Source of the DNA: a virus
Lineage: Duplodnaviria > Heunggongvirae > Uroviricota > Caudoviricetes
Virus record (IMG/VR): IMGVR_UViG_2541047868_000004
Length of the DNA: 39,543 bases
Reading direction: 5' to 3' (one strand)
The notes below the pieces were generated by a model. It was not told the origin of the DNA. It was given only the letters and a program-made list of their open reading frames with translations, and ran no database searches. The position numbers and the translations under genes are program-made. Positions 10,403-21,327 of the stretch are shown here, piece by piece. Position 1 is the first letter of the stretch, and each line of letters starts with the position of its first letter.

Positions 10403-11820
10403 TACTCAATCCTTATCTGGCAGCCAGACAGAGTGACAGGTGACTTCGTGATAACGCGCAATTTGAAGCCGACATTTTTCCTGATTCGCCCGACACGCTT
10501 CCACAAAACGCGTTTGTCGTAAACGAACGGTTCATTCTGCTCAATCATCTGCTCACGCCCGTAATTGATGCCGTCAGTAGTTGCAGAGAGGAACAGGCGG
10601 TCAGCATACTGCGCAACGCCAGTTGAAGATTCAACTTCAAGGTCGAAAACTCTGGCGTTATCCGCTTTGAACAACGGAGTAAACAGCAGGTGTTCCTGTT
10701 GCTTGTCGTACTGGCTGCTGATATCGAATTGCAATTTCCCGGTCACGGACTCCAGCTTATCGCCGCACGTTATCTGATTGCCTTCGTAAATGAAGTCGAT
10801 AGCGCGGTACACATCGTCATACAGGCCTGTTTTCAGCACACACCATTGCGGACCATTGGCACTTGAAGATGCGTCGTACACGAGGACGTGACGCGGAAGA
10901 TGGATAATCAGCAACTCATGCGCATCAAACCGCAACGATTCCATCACGCCATCAGCCAGTTCATCAGCAGTGTAGGAGCGTAGTATTTTCTCAATGCTCG
11001 CGCTGGCGATTGGTGATACCTGACCGGAGCCGATGATATACACAGACGGCGCACCTGTTGCCGGATTGCTGATAAACGCATAGGAATCAGCAAACGGCGT
11101 TTTGCAGTAAGTTCCGGCGATGCCTTTTTGCACCATCAGCGATGGCTGTGCGACATACAAAGCAGCACCAACGGTGGTTGCACCAGTCAGGGAAAAATAC
11201 TCAATCGTCGATGAACCAAAACAGACGATGAAGTCTCGCCATGTTCCGATGCCGATGATGCCGTCAGGCTGAGACTCAGCACGATATTGTGCGCTGTAAC
11301 GGTCAGGATGTGATTCGTCTTCAAGGTCAGTGATGAACCATGAATCAGTACCATCTTTTGACCACGCATAACGCCCACGTAAGCGAGTAATGTCGCGAAC
11401 TGAACCTAACTCATACTGCGTGAATCCACTGTCTGTAGGCCAGTTTGAGACGGTTTTAACCGTGCCATCATAACGATACTCGACCAGTTGACCATTAACG
11501 CCTACAGCCTGTGATGTTCGACCATGCGCCATTGATACGCGACCACTTCCGGCGACGTCACCGACTTCACTTTCTCCTTTGTAGAGCTTCCCACCACACA
11601 CACGATAAACAGCATTCTGCGCCATGTTGTACTCGACGCCGCGCGATACACCGTTCACATCAGAGCGTTTGGCAATGCCCGGGAATGAGCGAAGATATCC
11701 GCTGCTGTTCAGGATTTCTTTGGGTGTAGCCAGCATATTCACTGGCAGATAGTCGATATAGTCGGCATTTCGGAAGTCTTTGCCGACACCTTTCATGAGC
11801 GGAAGTTGCTGAATCGGCAT
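10402..11820 (-). CDS. Tail accessory factor, P22 gp10-like
   Basis: 472 aa (P22 gp10 is the same size class); order gp4-gp10-gp26. Confidence 0.75.
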   Translation of the reverse strand: MPIQQLPLMKGVGKDFRNADYIDYLPVNMLATPKEILNSSGYLRSFPGIAKRSDVNGVSRGVEYNMAQNAVYRVCGGKLYKGESEVGDVAGSGRVSMAHGRTSQAVGVNGQLVEYRYDGTVKTVSNWPTDSGFTQYELGSVRDITRLRGRYAWSKDGTDSWFITDLEDESHPDRYSAQYRAESQPDGIIGIGTWRDFIVCFGSSTIEYFSLTGATTVGAALYVAQPSLMVQKGIAGTYCKTPFADSYAFISNPATGAPSVYIIGSGQVSPIASASIEKILRSYTADELADGVMESLRFDAHELLIIHLPRHVLVYDASSSANGPQWCVLKTGLYDDVYRAIDFIYEGNQITCGDKLESVTGKLQFDISSQYDKQQEHLLFTPLFKADNARVFDLEVESSTGVAQYADRLFLSATTDGINYGREQMIEQNEPFVYDKRVLWKRVGRIRKNVGFKLRVITKSPVTLSGCQIRIE

Positions 11821-11829
11821 TTATTCACC

Positions 11830-12291
11830 TCACGTACTCGGATCATCTTTCTCGATGTAAAACCGATTCCACGTAAACGCGCTTTTGTTACCACTACCGC
11901 GAGGCATGTCATTTCGCCGCTCAAGTGGTGGTATTTTGGTTAAAGCGATGCAGATTGTCTGATATGCACTGTCAGCAGCGGCAAGGAGAGCGTCTGACGG
12001 CTGAATGACGTTATCCATGCACACTTGCACAGCGAGCTTCAAAGCGACGCCATCATTTGCCCATGCAGGGATACCTGAATCATCGTCAGGTAACGGCATG
12101 ATGCCGTTTTCTGTATCCGCAAACTGATATCCAAGCTCGATACCTTTCGCCTGCCATGCTGCCATCATGTCTTCGAGGTCATTAATGGCATCTTCAATTG
12201 CCTGAGGGTCGGCATCTGTCAACGTGGCATTGGAATACAGCCCGGCTTTTCGTAAAGCCTTAAGAACGAGATCACCCTTCGTTTTCGCCAT
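11830..12291 (-). CDS. Tail accessory factor, P22 gp4-like
   Basis: 153 aa; first gene after coat/small ORF in P22 order. Confidence 0.7.
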   Translation of the reverse strand: MAKTKGDLVLKALRKAGLYSNATLTDADPQAIEDAINDLEDMMAAWQAKGIELGYQFADTENGIMPLPDDDSGIPAWANDGVALKLAVQVCMDNVIQPSDALLAAADSAYQTICIALTKIPPLERRNDMPRGSGNKSAFTWNRFYIEKDDPST

Positions 12292-12460
12292 CTTCTTCCG
12301 CCTTAGCCACTTTTTGCTTCGTTGCGGTTTCTTCAGGAGTTTTTACCCAGCCTTTTTTCAGGTGAGATTTAACTTCTTCGTCATCAACAATGATGTAATC
12401 GACAGCAAACTGACCACAGGTGATCATGTTGCCCGGCTTATAGAGCATTGTTCGTGCCAT
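12272..12460 (-). CDS. Small hypothetical protein between coat and gp4-like genes
   Basis: ORF 12272..12499; likely start at ATG 12460 (MARTMLYKPGN...) preceded by GGGAGAAG; the upstream part of the ORF overlaps a hairpin. Confidence 0.45.
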   Translation of the reverse strand: MARTMLYKPGNMITCGQFAVDYIIVDDEEVKSHLKKGWVKTPEETATKQKVAKAEEDGENEG

Positions 12461-12471
12461 TGTCTTCTCCC

Positions 12472-12497
12472 AATAAAAATGGGGCCGAAGCCCCACC
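12472..12497 (-). terminator. Hairpin plus U-run immediately after coat gene (partial terminator)
   Basis: Minus-strand GGGGCTTCGGCCCC followed by ATTTTTATT. Confidence 0.5.
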
Positions 12498-12501
12498 AAA
12501 A

Positions 12502-13755
12502 TTACTGCCCGGCAATAACGATGCCCGTATATTCAGGAACAAGTACAGAGCAACCGTACAGGGTGGTGAAACGCGCAGTGGTTACACCTTTGATGTGGTC
12601 GAAGGCGTAAGACATGATCAGCGTAGCGCCCTGCTCGGTGGTTGCTGTCATTACTTGTGGACCCTGACCAGTTGGGAACGCCAGCTTGCCGTACATCAGT
12701 TCAACAGAACCATCAGCCCAGAACAGGTTAGCCGGTGCGGCATTTTTGTTGAGAATGGTGATTGCTGCGCTACTTGCCGCATTAGCATCAACGTTTGCAT
12801 ATGGTCGGCTGGCGACATCCGCGTTGTCAGGCGGCAGAATTTTCGGGGAGATAGTTACTGTCGTTCCGCTTACTGCCAGAACGCGGAATACCTGCGGCTG
12901 CCCGGTGGTATCTTTGGTGATCTGGTGTACAGAATTCACCCCTGCGATGGTAAACGCATCGCCAACCTGCAAACCTTCAGCAGATACCGTAATGGTCCCC
13001 TGCCGGTTATCCACTGGCATATCGTTAGCATCTTTCGCTTCAACCTTGTGCGCAGGTGCTGCTGCCAGCGTAATGGAAGTTGCTGTACCCTTCGGAACAC
13101 GACCAGAAATATCGGTCTTGTAGCTATCGAAGGACGCAACCGGAGGGATTTGCGCTTTTTCGTATGCTGTCAGGGTTGCGCCCTGAGCATAGGCACGGTG
13201 ACCAAGCTCGCCAGCAAGGTCTTTGTAGTTGAAGGGGTTCCAGAAAGAGCGACGGTTGATACCCTGAGGTACACCAATCGCCGTCATGGTGGCATCAATA
13301 CCTGCCGCACAGTTCCACAAATCACGGCCCTGTGAACCTGTGGTTGAGTCAGCCATCGTGATCACGTTAGTAGCACGCTGCGTAACCATGGAAATCAGGT
13401 CAGAGTCAATCTGTGCAGCAAGGCGCATACCTGCGGCGCGACCAGCTTCAGTTTTATGTTCCGGGTCACGCATTTCACGCGCATCCAGAGTGTACAGAAT
13501 GTTTTTCGGCTCCTTGAACACAGAAGGAACAAGGCGCTGAACCAGTGCTGTTGGCGTTTTGCCGCTGAGGTCTAGGCCTTCCTCAATGTTCATGTGGTAA
13601 TGCTGCGGACGATACAGAACATCACCTGCTCGCTGCATTGCTGTATCACCGGGACGGAATTTTTTAGCGTTACGGGAAACTACGCAGGCGGCCTCAAAGC
13701 CTTCAACGTAGTTTTCGAACATGATTTCAAGGTCTTTTGCTAATTGGTTAGCCAT
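12502..13755 (-). CDS. Major coat protein (P22 gp5-like, HK97 fold)
   Basis: 417 aa; C-terminal similarity to P22 coat (…NLFWADGSVELMYGK…); position after scaffold. Confidence 0.85.
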   Translation of the reverse strand: MANQLAKDLEIMFENYVEGFEAACVVSRNAKKFRPGDTAMQRAGDVLYRPQHYHMNIEEGLDLSGKTPTALVQRLVPSVFKEPKNILYTLDAREMRDPEHKTEAGRAAGMRLAAQIDSDLISMVTQRATNVITMADSTTGSQGRDLWNCAAGIDATMTAIGVPQGINRRSFWNPFNYKDLAGELGHRAYAQGATLTAYEKAQIPPVASFDSYKTDISGRVPKGTATSITLAAAPAHKVEAKDANDMPVDNRQGTITVSAEGLQVGDAFTIAGVNSVHQITKDTTGQPQVFRVLAVSGTTVTISPKILPPDNADVASRPYANVDANAASSAAITILNKNAAPANLFWADGSVELMYGKLAFPTGQGPQVMTATTEQGATLIMSYAFDHIKGVTTARFTTLYGCSVLVPEYTGIVIAGQ

Positions 13756-13773
13756 GCTTAATGCTCCGATAGG

Positions 13774-14667
13774 TTATTTTTTTGCCTTTTTAGCGGCGAA
13801 ATACGGCGTCCAGTCACCAGTTTCCAGCGCCTTGGCTTTCAGTTTGTCGAGGTTGTTGATTACTGCGCCGTTGCTCCCCTTAACTGTCGGGGTTGTGGCT
13901 GCCGTGGTTTTTGCTTTTGGCATGATTCTGGCCTTCGATTCGATACGTTCCAGCAGACGACCAATTGCTACGGGGTTGGTAGCTTCTGCCAGTTGCTTGC
14001 GCAGTTCAGCGTTGCGACCGAGTGCCAGAACAACGATTTCCGGCTTCTCTGACTCAAACAAGATCGCGTTTTGTGTCTCGATGGGGATTTCCTCGAGTAC
14101 GGCCTGCTCAGCTTCCTGATAGCCAGGAACTTTGAGAGCCTTAACACGTTGCTGATATTTGGATAATCGCTCTTGATAAGCAGCCTGAAGCTCCTGCTCC
14201 TTCTGCTTGCGAGCCATCTCCTGTTGCTGGTACTTTCCGTTATCCTCTGCCCACTTAGCCATGCGTTGCTGATAGATTTCTTCATCGAAACCGATGTCCT
14301 CATCATCCAGTTTTGGCATTCGCGGTGGTTGAGTGATTACCGGCTGCTGCTCGACGGGTTTCTGAGACTGACGCATCAGCTCTTTCAGCTCGCGGTCTTT
14401 CTCTTTAATCGTCTTGCGCAGGTGTTTTACCAGTCCATGCTCTGCGCTATCTTCGCTGGTTGGCGAATCCAGCTTTTCGTCACCAAAGTAGAATTCCTGT
14501 TCTGATTCGTCGTCATCAGTTTCAGTAGCTTCCTCTGCATCATTGCCAGAGGACTCACCGCCATCTTCTGTTTCGACTTCTTCAGCCAGTTCGACATCAT
14601 CAGGAATCTGCTCTGACGCGTCGGTTTCGATTTCAACTTCTGGTGTGTTTTCTGCCATCTGGTCCAT
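13774..14667 (-). CDS. Scaffolding protein (P22 gp8-like)
   Basis: 297 aa; acidic N-terminus, extensive coiled coil, basic C-terminal helix-turn-helix (…KAKALETGDWTPYFAAKKAKK). Confidence 0.8.
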   Translation of the reverse strand: MDQMAENTPEVEIETDASEQIPDDVELAEEVETEDGGESSGNDAEEATETDDDESEQEFYFGDEKLDSPTSEDSAEHGLVKHLRKTIKEKDRELKELMRQSQKPVEQQPVITQPPRMPKLDDEDIGFDEEIYQQRMAKWAEDNGKYQQQEMARKQKEQELQAAYQERLSKYQQRVKALKVPGYQEAEQAVLEEIPIETQNAILFESEKPEIVVLALGRNAELRKQLAEATNPVAIGRLLERIESKARIMPKAKTTAATTPTVKGSNGAVINNLDKLKAKALETGDWTPYFAAKKAKK

Positions 14668-14757
14668 TTGTTACCCCTGTTTACTCGATGTTCAGCCCAT
14701 CGGAAGGCAATAGGGTGCCAGGCCTCATAAAAACAGCCATTGCACGTTATGGGTTAA

Positions 14758-16956
14758 TTACTGCTGTGGTTGTTGCTGGGTTGATTTTTGCAGGATGCTG
14801 CTGATGTCCATGCGTTGTGCATGTCCCTGCGCCTGACTTTTCAGGACAAGCTCTGCATCAGCACGGGCATTGTCTCCTTGCTGTTGCTGGAACTGTCCGA
14901 GCAGTTTCAGAGCCTCACGGATATCAGATTTCTGCTGGCTATCGGCAGATGCGAGGATTTTCACAACATTTGCCGCTGCAACCTGAGCATCAGTCTGTGC
15001 CTGGAATGCTTTAACCTGAATGGCTGCCTGTTCGTTCTGCGCTTTCTGCAATTCAGCCTGACCAGCAAGAAGCTGACCTTGCGCTGCAACCATAGCCGGA
15101 TCTGGCTGACTGGCCTGTTGTTGTTTCGCCTGCTCAACCATCTGCTGCTCTTCTGGCGTTCTCGGCTTGATAACTCCAGACAGAAGCAACTGATTGCGGT
15201 TGTATTCTTTAAGGTCGTCCATCCCTTCGCCATCCATATTGTCGAGAATCATCGACGATACAAGGTCGTGCTTCGGCGTTCCCGGCGGGATAAGTGCCAG
15301 CATGGAAAGTAACGACTTAACAGTTGCATCACGGCGAGTAGCGAACGACTGACCGACATCGACAGTCACTTCATAGTTACCCTGCGAAAGGTCGTTAAGC
15401 GCGATAACCTGCCCTGTCTGACGGTCAACCACTTCACCAGTCATCAGCGCCACGTCATCGCTGCCGTCCTCATTAACGATACGCATCGGCGTATCACTGC
15501 CATAGACCTCACGCGCCATAGAAAGCCACACAACGCCAGCGCGGCGCATGGATTTAGCCATGTTGTCCATGTAGATATAGGACTGCGTGTCCATCCGGTT
15601 AAAAATGCTATCAACGGTATCGGTAGCGACGTTGCTCGGCATGTTCTCAAGCTGCGACGCACCTGTAATTTGCTGAATAGCCGTTCCGGTGTACTGCAAT
15701 AACCCGGCAAGAGCAGGAGGCATTTGTGTCGGAGGTGTCCAGCCAGCAACCTGAGCCTCTGAAATGACCGTTCCGTTTTTGTCCTTCTTGCTGGTCATGG
15801 GAAGAACTGCAGGTCTTTTCTTATTCCTCTCTGCCCAGTGATTCATTAATGGACCGGGAATGAAATCAACATCCACGATAGGAATGCCATCACCGCCAGC
15901 CTGAGTAGCGTTATCTGCAATCATAGAAACCATCAGGTTCTCAAGACGCTGTGCATCCATCGCTTTTGCTGCGTGGCCTTCGATTCGCTCCTGATTATCA
16001 ACAAATGAGCGACGCCCATATACCGGGATGAGAGGAATATGTTCGCCCGGAATACGCTTCGGTTCTTCCAGCCATTCAGCGCCAGACAGAAGACCGCAAT
16101 AAACGCGGCGCTTCTTCACCGTTCGCTCGCCAATCAGTTCGAATGCATCATCGGTCAGCTCGTCGACAATATCTTTGATTTGCTCTTCATCATAGATTGC
16201 CGTTTCTCCGCTGACAGGGTTACGCCATGCTGTGAGCTTCACCTTCTCTATGCGGACTTCGTAGTAACGTCCAACATAGATGGCATCGGGCGTTGACCAG
16301 TCATATTGAGTGCCAGTGTCATCACGAGAAAGGCTTGCCGCGATGGAATCAGGGTATTCAGCCTCGAACGCTTTAGGTGTCATGGAGAACATTTCCAAAG
16401 CCCACATAGCATCAGAGCGGTCATATTGCTTGCTGTCCTGATCGAAGAAGACGCATGTCGCTGGGTCGTAAACCGGGAGAAGGCTTATACGGCGTTGCTC
16501 GTTACTCGGATCCATTTCATCTTCGTAATCGGCACACATGCGGAAACAACCGAATCCGCCCGTTACGGCATCATCAAATGCGTTATCACACGCTTCGCCA
16601 CCGGATGTTTCCTGATAGTCAGCGCGGAATTTGCCGTTCATCTTTTCGGCTAACGCTTCCGATGCCTTGTCATCCTTCGGCCTGAATTTAACGCTGATGC
16701 GATTCTGTCGATACTCGCCAATGATGCGATCACATTCACGGGCAATCTTATTCAGCTCAAAGCGCGGGTAATGCTCAAACCTGCCTTCATCAAATGAGTA
16801 ACCAGCGTTTGTGCTGCCTTCCCACTGTGCGCCGGACACCCGGACGAAACGTTGAGCTTCAATAATCTGCTCACGCATATCCTGCGTTGCTGACCAGGCA
16901 TTATCAAAGTTGCACAGCACCTTGCGATGCCAGTCAGTCATCTTTTTTTCTGCCAT
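14758..16956 (-). CDS. Portal protein (P22 gp1-like)
   Basis: 732 aa; motifs shared with P22 portal (RRVY, GEHIP, PETPEEQQ, DPAMV, long C-terminal Gln-rich barrel helix). Confidence 0.9.
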   Translation of the reverse strand: MAEKKMTDWHRKVLCNFDNAWSATQDMREQIIEAQRFVRVSGAQWEGSTNAGYSFDEGRFEHYPRFELNKIARECDRIIGEYRQNRISVKFRPKDDKASEALAEKMNGKFRADYQETSGGEACDNAFDDAVTGGFGCFRMCADYEDEMDPSNEQRRISLLPVYDPATCVFFDQDSKQYDRSDAMWALEMFSMTPKAFEAEYPDSIAASLSRDDTGTQYDWSTPDAIYVGRYYEVRIEKVKLTAWRNPVSGETAIYDEEQIKDIVDELTDDAFELIGERTVKKRRVYCGLLSGAEWLEEPKRIPGEHIPLIPVYGRRSFVDNQERIEGHAAKAMDAQRLENLMVSMIADNATQAGGDGIPIVDVDFIPGPLMNHWAERNKKRPAVLPMTSKKDKNGTVISEAQVAGWTPPTQMPPALAGLLQYTGTAIQQITGASQLENMPSNVATDTVDSIFNRMDTQSYIYMDNMAKSMRRAGVVWLSMAREVYGSDTPMRIVNEDGSDDVALMTGEVVDRQTGQVIALNDLSQGNYEVTVDVGQSFATRRDATVKSLLSMLALIPPGTPKHDLVSSMILDNMDGEGMDDLKEYNRNQLLLSGVIKPRTPEEQQMVEQAKQQQASQPDPAMVAAQGQLLAGQAELQKAQNEQAAIQVKAFQAQTDAQVAAANVVKILASADSQQKSDIREALKLLGQFQQQQGDNARADAELVLKSQAQGHAQRMDISSILQKSTQQQPQQ

Positions 16957-16957
16957 A

Positions 16958-18373
16958 TCAACCTACACCACAAGGAATTGAGTAACTGGAATAGTCGGGT
17001 TGCGCAGCCGACTCCGGGCAATGCATACACATCATCAACGCATCAGCCAGGTTAGGAGATGGAATACCGAGCTTCTGCTTCATTTCGACCTTAGTCATAA
17101 GCTCCAGCTTCCCGTTGTTATTGAATTTGCGCTGAATCTGCGTCAGTTCTGCAAACAGCTTCTCCAGCATCTTCTCGCCTATCGCTTCTTTGTCGAAACT
17201 CAGCATGTCGTCGGGGTCTGCATACTCACCGTAGACAACCGCCCGATATGTCAGATACAGCCTGTCAGCCAGCGCGTAATAGAATTGCGCTCGCTTATTG
17301 CGGAACACATCACCAATAGTGCGAACGTTGTCTCCCTGTACGACTTCATCAGCCCATGCTCCGGCCTGATATGGTGCATCTTCATCAAATGGCGATTCGC
17401 TGCCCTTGAACATCGTGGCGGTTATTTTCTTGCCGGAGAACGCTTCCGTTGTCTGTCTGCGTAGCCCGGCACCAACACCATCACCATCCCACAGGTAGTG
17501 GTCAGCGCCGTCTTCAATCGCCAGAGAAGTAGCCCAGTCAGCGCCCTCGTTGATGTCCATCAGCAGACCTTCGGCAATGCGCTTAACTACCGAACCGTGA
17601 CGCGATGCATAACCTTTAGCATCCGGCCCTGTATCTGATGGGTCATGTGCAGAGACAACAGCGCCTTTCGCTTTCCATCCGAGTTTCTTGTGCGCATCGG
17701 TTGCGGCTTCAAGCCATTCACGTTTGATGATTGCCATATCACTTGCGCTTACTGGCTCACCAAGCCAGATGTGACGATACAGTGTCGGATTTCTGCGTTT
17801 ACACTCTTCCATCTCCAGACGGAGAACTTCAGGAAAGTGCGGGTTGTCGGTGTAGTTCACCGTCAGCAGACAAATATCATCAGGAGGATTTACGACGAAT
17901 CGCTGATAGGTATCGTCGAGGATGTTCTTCGGGTTGAAGCTCACCCATATTTCGGAAAATGGCTTACGGATGGTTGGTATCAGGATATCCCATGATTCCT
18001 TTGTTACCGCTTCCGCTTCTTCCACCCAGCAGATATCAATGCCTTCGAGCGATTTAATCTTCGTCGGGTTGTTTTTGATGCCGTAGAACATGAACTCAGC
18101 ATTCGTTCCGAGATGACGAATCATTGAACGCTGAATTTCAAACTCAGCCGAATACCCTTCACGCTCGATGGTATCTTCAAGCAACCGGATTACCGAATCG
18201 CTGATACTGTTTTGCAGTTCACGAGCGCAGAGAATACGCACAGGTTGCCGACGCGCCGCCTCAATAAGCAGCCTCGCAATTGCCCATGACTTACCGCTAC
18301 CTCGACCGCCTTTGGCGACTTTGTAGCGATGCGCCTCAATGAACGGTTCAAAGATAGGATTAATCGAGGTCAT
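16958..18373 (-). CDS. terL: Terminase large subunit
   Basis: 471 aa; Walker A GGRGSGKS near N-terminus; position between TerS and portal. Confidence 0.9.
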   Translation of the reverse strand: MTSINPIFEPFIEAHRYKVAKGGRGSGKSWAIARLLIEAARRQPVRILCARELQNSISDSVIRLLEDTIEREGYSAEFEIQRSMIRHLGTNAEFMFYGIKNNPTKIKSLEGIDICWVEEAEAVTKESWDILIPTIRKPFSEIWVSFNPKNILDDTYQRFVVNPPDDICLLTVNYTDNPHFPEVLRLEMEECKRRNPTLYRHIWLGEPVSASDMAIIKREWLEAATDAHKKLGWKAKGAVVSAHDPSDTGPDAKGYASRHGSVVKRIAEGLLMDINEGADWATSLAIEDGADHYLWDGDGVGAGLRRQTTEAFSGKKITATMFKGSESPFDEDAPYQAGAWADEVVQGDNVRTIGDVFRNKRAQFYYALADRLYLTYRAVVYGEYADPDDMLSFDKEAIGEKMLEKLFAELTQIQRKFNNNGKLELMTKVEMKQKLGIPSPNLADALMMCMHCPESAAQPDYSSYSIPCGVG

Positions 18374-18810
18374 TTTCCGAACAGAGTGCTCATCGGTGAT
18401 GTTTCAATCTGGATTGCGCCGCCGTCTTTGCCTGTTAGCTCGTGATCAACCTTGTCGCGCCATTTATCCTTCTGTCTGTTCTTAAGCCAGAAGATGGCGG
18501 CGGTTGTATCAGGCGGGTAATACTTCTCAAGCGGAGTTTCGACAATTCTGTTTTCAATAACACGAATATCGATGTCTGGAGCCACGAAGCCCATAGCGCG
18601 TTGATAAAGACGATCACTAACTTCTGCATCAGCGACGGCCTTACCCTTTTTTATGGACTCCGAAAACTCAGGATAATCAAGCTTCCACTTGTTAATAGTT
18701 GACTCACTGACTTCGAAGAAATCAGCAAGCTCTGCATCGGTGTAGCCCAGCAAGCACAGTTTGCGTGCCTGTTCGGCGTACGCCTCTTGATACTTTGTTG
18801 GGCGCGCCAT
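18370..18810 (-). CDS. terS: Terminase small subunit (Sf6 gp1-type)
   Basis: 146 aa; C-terminal …GKDGGAIQIETSPMSTLFGK recalled as Sf6 TerS; overlaps terL start. Confidence 0.8.
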   Translation of the reverse strand: MARPTKYQEAYAEQARKLCLLGYTDAELADFFEVSESTINKWKLDYPEFSESIKKGKAVADAEVSDRLYQRAMGFVAPDIDIRVIENRIVETPLEKYYPPDTTAAIFWLKNRQKDKWRDKVDHELTGKDGGAIQIETSPMSTLFGK

Positions 18811-18812
18811 GT

Positions 18813-19055
18813 TTATGCTCCGGTAGTGAACAGGTCTAACGCTTCCTTCGATTTACGCACCGCTTCGATAGTGCGGGTCGTGATATCTGAATTAGCGCCG
18901 CCTGACTGGAAGTGAATTTTGAATAGCTCAAGCTTCAGCTCGTCAGTGCCAATGAACTGAAATGCTTCTTCTGCGGCTGCGTTCTGGTTCATGACCAGTT
19001 TGTAAATCTCTAACTGGAATTTCTGTTCTTCAGTCATGGGAATAATCTCTGCCAT
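18813..19055 (-). CDS. Small hypothetical protein upstream of terS
   Basis: ORF 18813..19067; probable start at ATG 19055 (MAEIIPMTEEQ…) with GGAG upstream. Confidence 0.45.
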   Translation of the reverse strand: MAEIIPMTEEQKFQLEIYKLVMNQNAAAEEAFQFIGTDELKLELFKIHFQSGGANSDITTRTIEAVRKSKEALDLFTTGA

Positions 19056-19381
19056 TGTTGGCTCCATTTATCCGTTAAAAGGGATATCAGTTAAGTTATC
19101 CCGTGTAGGGTATAAGCCATTGTCGAGACCACTCATTGAATGGCCTCTGCAATAACCGATGTCTTTCCATCAGTCCGCCACCACAAAGAATCTTTTTTGC
19201 CATCAGGCAGGAGGTTCATCTTTCAGTGGCTGCCAGTGTTATTTCCCCACTTACTGGCTTGGGTTGTTTCGTGGTACTGCCGTAACTGGTTGCCCAGAAT
19301 AAATTCCGGTTTCATTATCAAGCCCACCCGTAGATGGGCTTTGTAATGAAGAGCTGTTATGAAAATTGCTCTAAACAAGCA

Positions 19382-19870
19382 TTAATAGCCATCAGAAGTA
19401 AGCGCTACAGATTTCAACCCCTCAATGTCATCCTTGGACAGGGCGAACCATTCACCGTGCTTTCTCTTTGCGGCAAATTTGCGATGAAGCATGTTTTCAG
19501 TTTCTCTTCCGCCAGGGATCAGGCACTCAAGCTTCAAACAGTCTGGTCCAGAGTTGCCAAGCGATTTGATGCGTTGTGGAATGTTGGATGAATACCCAAT
19601 TTTGGTTAGCCCAGTTTTCTTCGATGACAAAACGTATACCTGAGGAGGTTCTTTTCTCTGGTCTTCCATTACACGTCTCATTGTTGCCATAAGTCCGCCG
19701 TGCATCAGCATTTCAACAAAGAACGCTGACCGAACACCTGACGACTTAAGCATGCCAGAAAATTCACTTGCCAATTCCATTAACTCTGCGATGTTTTCAG
19801 GAACTTTTTGGCAGTTATCTTCCTTGTATAAGGAAATCATTCTTTGAAGCTTTTCTTCTAATTGGTTCAT
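19382..19870 (-). CDS. T5orf172 (GIY-YIG-like) domain protein with N-terminal helical domain (moron)
   Basis: 162 aa; C-terminal motifs VYVL…TGLTKIGYS…RIKSL…LHRKF…GEWFAL typical of T5orf172/MUG113; located between lysis genes and terS. Confidence 0.6.
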   Translation of the reverse strand: MNQLEEKLQRMISLYKEDNCQKVPENIAELMELASEFSGMLKSSGVRSAFFVEMLMHGGLMATMRRVMEDQRKEPPQVYVLSSKKTGLTKIGYSSNIPQRIKSLGNSGPDCLKLECLIPGGRETENMLHRKFAAKRKHGEWFALSKDDIEGLKSVALTSDGY

Positions 19871-20015
19871 AGCGTCTTTACCTTTTAGAAAGTGAGCCTG
19901 TTCGCACAGAAAAGCCGCCCCGAGATGGTCGCCACCATATACGGCAGTTCTCAGGCTCAGCTTTCTGAAAGACTCGGGATTGTTACGCGCTGCGATGCGC
20001 GGTTTACTGCAGATG

Positions 20016-20040
20016 TAAAAAAGCCCCGCAAATGCGAGGC
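20016..20040 (-). terminator. Intrinsic terminator-like hairpin downstream of Rz
   Basis: Minus-strand CCTCGCATTTGCGGGG followed by CTTTTTTAC. Confidence 0.45.
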
Positions 20041-20214
20041 TAAATCCTGGTGTTTGTGATGACTGGCTCTTATCTCAACGCAGCCCCTTACCGCGCGCCA
20101 GATGCTCAATATCAAGCATCAGCAATGAGATGTTTAATCTGGATTCACTCCAGAAGTGATCACCATCCTGTCTACAGAGCCAGATGTGAAGGATGATGAG
20201 TAAAATTATCGCTA

Positions 20215-20652
20215 TCATCGAAGGCATTGCGTCCTGATGTATTCCTGCAGATAGTTAACTTGCGCGGTTATCTTGTCGATTCCACTTCGGAGACGGTAAT
20301 AATTGAGTTCAGCATCTGCTGTAAGTCTTGGGCTTTCTCCATCGCCCATGCTGCTGGCTCCGGTCGTTGACTTTGCACAGGTGGCGGCGACTTGCAGGCG
20401 CTTACGCCCAGCAGAAACATCAGCACGGAGACTTTCGATAGTCGCGTTAGCATCAGCAAGCTCCTTTGTGTATCTGGCGTCGAGTTCTGCTACATCACGT
20501 TGACGCTTCTGCATGTCAGCGATAGTGGATGCGGCTTTGTCGCGCTGCTCTTTGTAGGTCATGGCGTTATCACGGTAATGATTAACAGCCCATGACAGAC
20601 AGACGATGATGCAGATAACCAGAGCGGAGATAATCGCGGTTAACCTGCTCAT
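20215..20652 (-). CDS. Rz: Spanin, inner-membrane subunit (Rz)
   Basis: N-terminal TMD, coiled-coil periplasmic domain; ATG 20652 overlaps endolysin stop (ATGA); ORF track extends to 20664. Confidence 0.8.
   Translation of the reverse strand: MSRLTAIISALVICIIVCLSWAVNHYRDNAMTYKEQRDKAASTIADMQKRQRDVAELDARYTKELADANATIESLRADVSAGRKRLQVAATCAKSTTGASSMGDGESPRLTADAELNYYRLRSGIDKITAQVNYLQEYIRTQCLR
20268..20459 (-). CDS. Rz1: Spanin, outer-membrane lipoprotein subunit (Rz1), embedded in Rz in another frame
   Basis: Embedded ORF with lipobox LLGVSAC followed by Pro-rich segment ([13 protein letters not shown]); actual start probably the internal Met preceding the lipobox. Confidence 0.6.
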   Translation of the reverse strand: MLMLTRLSKVSVLMFLLGVSACKSPPPVQSQRPEPAAWAMEKAQDLQQMLNSIITVSEVESTR

Positions 20653-21152
20653 TGCTGCCCCCACAAACAGACTTCACGCTCAATATCGCGACGGGTCATC
20701 AGCCCTTTCCATTGCTTACCGCCAGCGTATGTCCAGCGGCGCAGCTGGTCACATGCGCCCTTGATATCGCCCTGGTTGATTTTGCGAAGAAGCGTCGATG
20801 TTCTGAAATTGCCAGCCCCCACGTTGTAGACGAACGAGTAAAGAGCGCCGCGCGTTGTTTCCGGTATATCGACTCTGATGTACGGGTTAATTTGTCTGGC
20901 GACAGTGGCAAGGTCTTTATTCAAGAGTGCTTTGCATTCTGCTTTGGTATACGTTTTACCGAGCATGATGTCTTTTCCTGTATGCCCGTGACATACAGTC
21001 CATACACCAACAATATCTTTGTATGGTATGTAGCTGACACCTTCCAGACCATCGTTACCACTTGGTCCAGTGATTAACACAGATGCTATAGCAATAGCCC
21101 CGCCACTTATCGCCGCTATTACGCTATTTCGTAGTGCCGGTGACATTGCCAT
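20649..21152 (-). CDS. SAR endolysin (T4-lysozyme-like muramidase, phage 21 R-type)
   Basis: 167 aa; N-terminal signal-anchor-release domain ([17 protein letters not shown]) then lysozyme catalytic region; near-identical to P21 R as recalled. Confidence 0.85.
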   Translation of the reverse strand: MAMSPALRNSVIAAISGGAIAIASVLITGPSGNDGLEGVSYIPYKDIVGVWTVCHGHTGKDIMLGKTYTKAECKALLNKDLATVARQINPYIRVDIPETTRGALYSFVYNVGAGNFRTSTLLRKINQGDIKGACDQLRRWTYAGGKQWKGLMTRRDIEREVCLWGQQ

Positions 21153-21327
21153 TCAATCTGTCCTCGCGCTCTTTGCGCTTGTAGTACCAGTTGATGCCAA
21201 ATGTGCCGACAGTACAAAGAATACCAATGATGACAGCCCAGTCATTCAGGGAGAGAATGCCACCCATCGCAGTCAGTCCTCCGAAGCTGTAACTGAACCA
21301 TTCTCTGATTTTGTCCATACGGTACAT
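21124..21327 (-). CDS. Pinholin (class II holin, S21-like) with dual-start motif
   Basis: 67 aa; MYRMDK dual start; two TMDs; basic C-terminus; paired with SAR endolysin. Confidence 0.75.
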   Translation of the reverse strand: MYRMDKIREWFSYSFGGLTAMGGILSLNDWAVIIGILCTVGTFGINWYYKRKEREDRLNGNVTGTTK

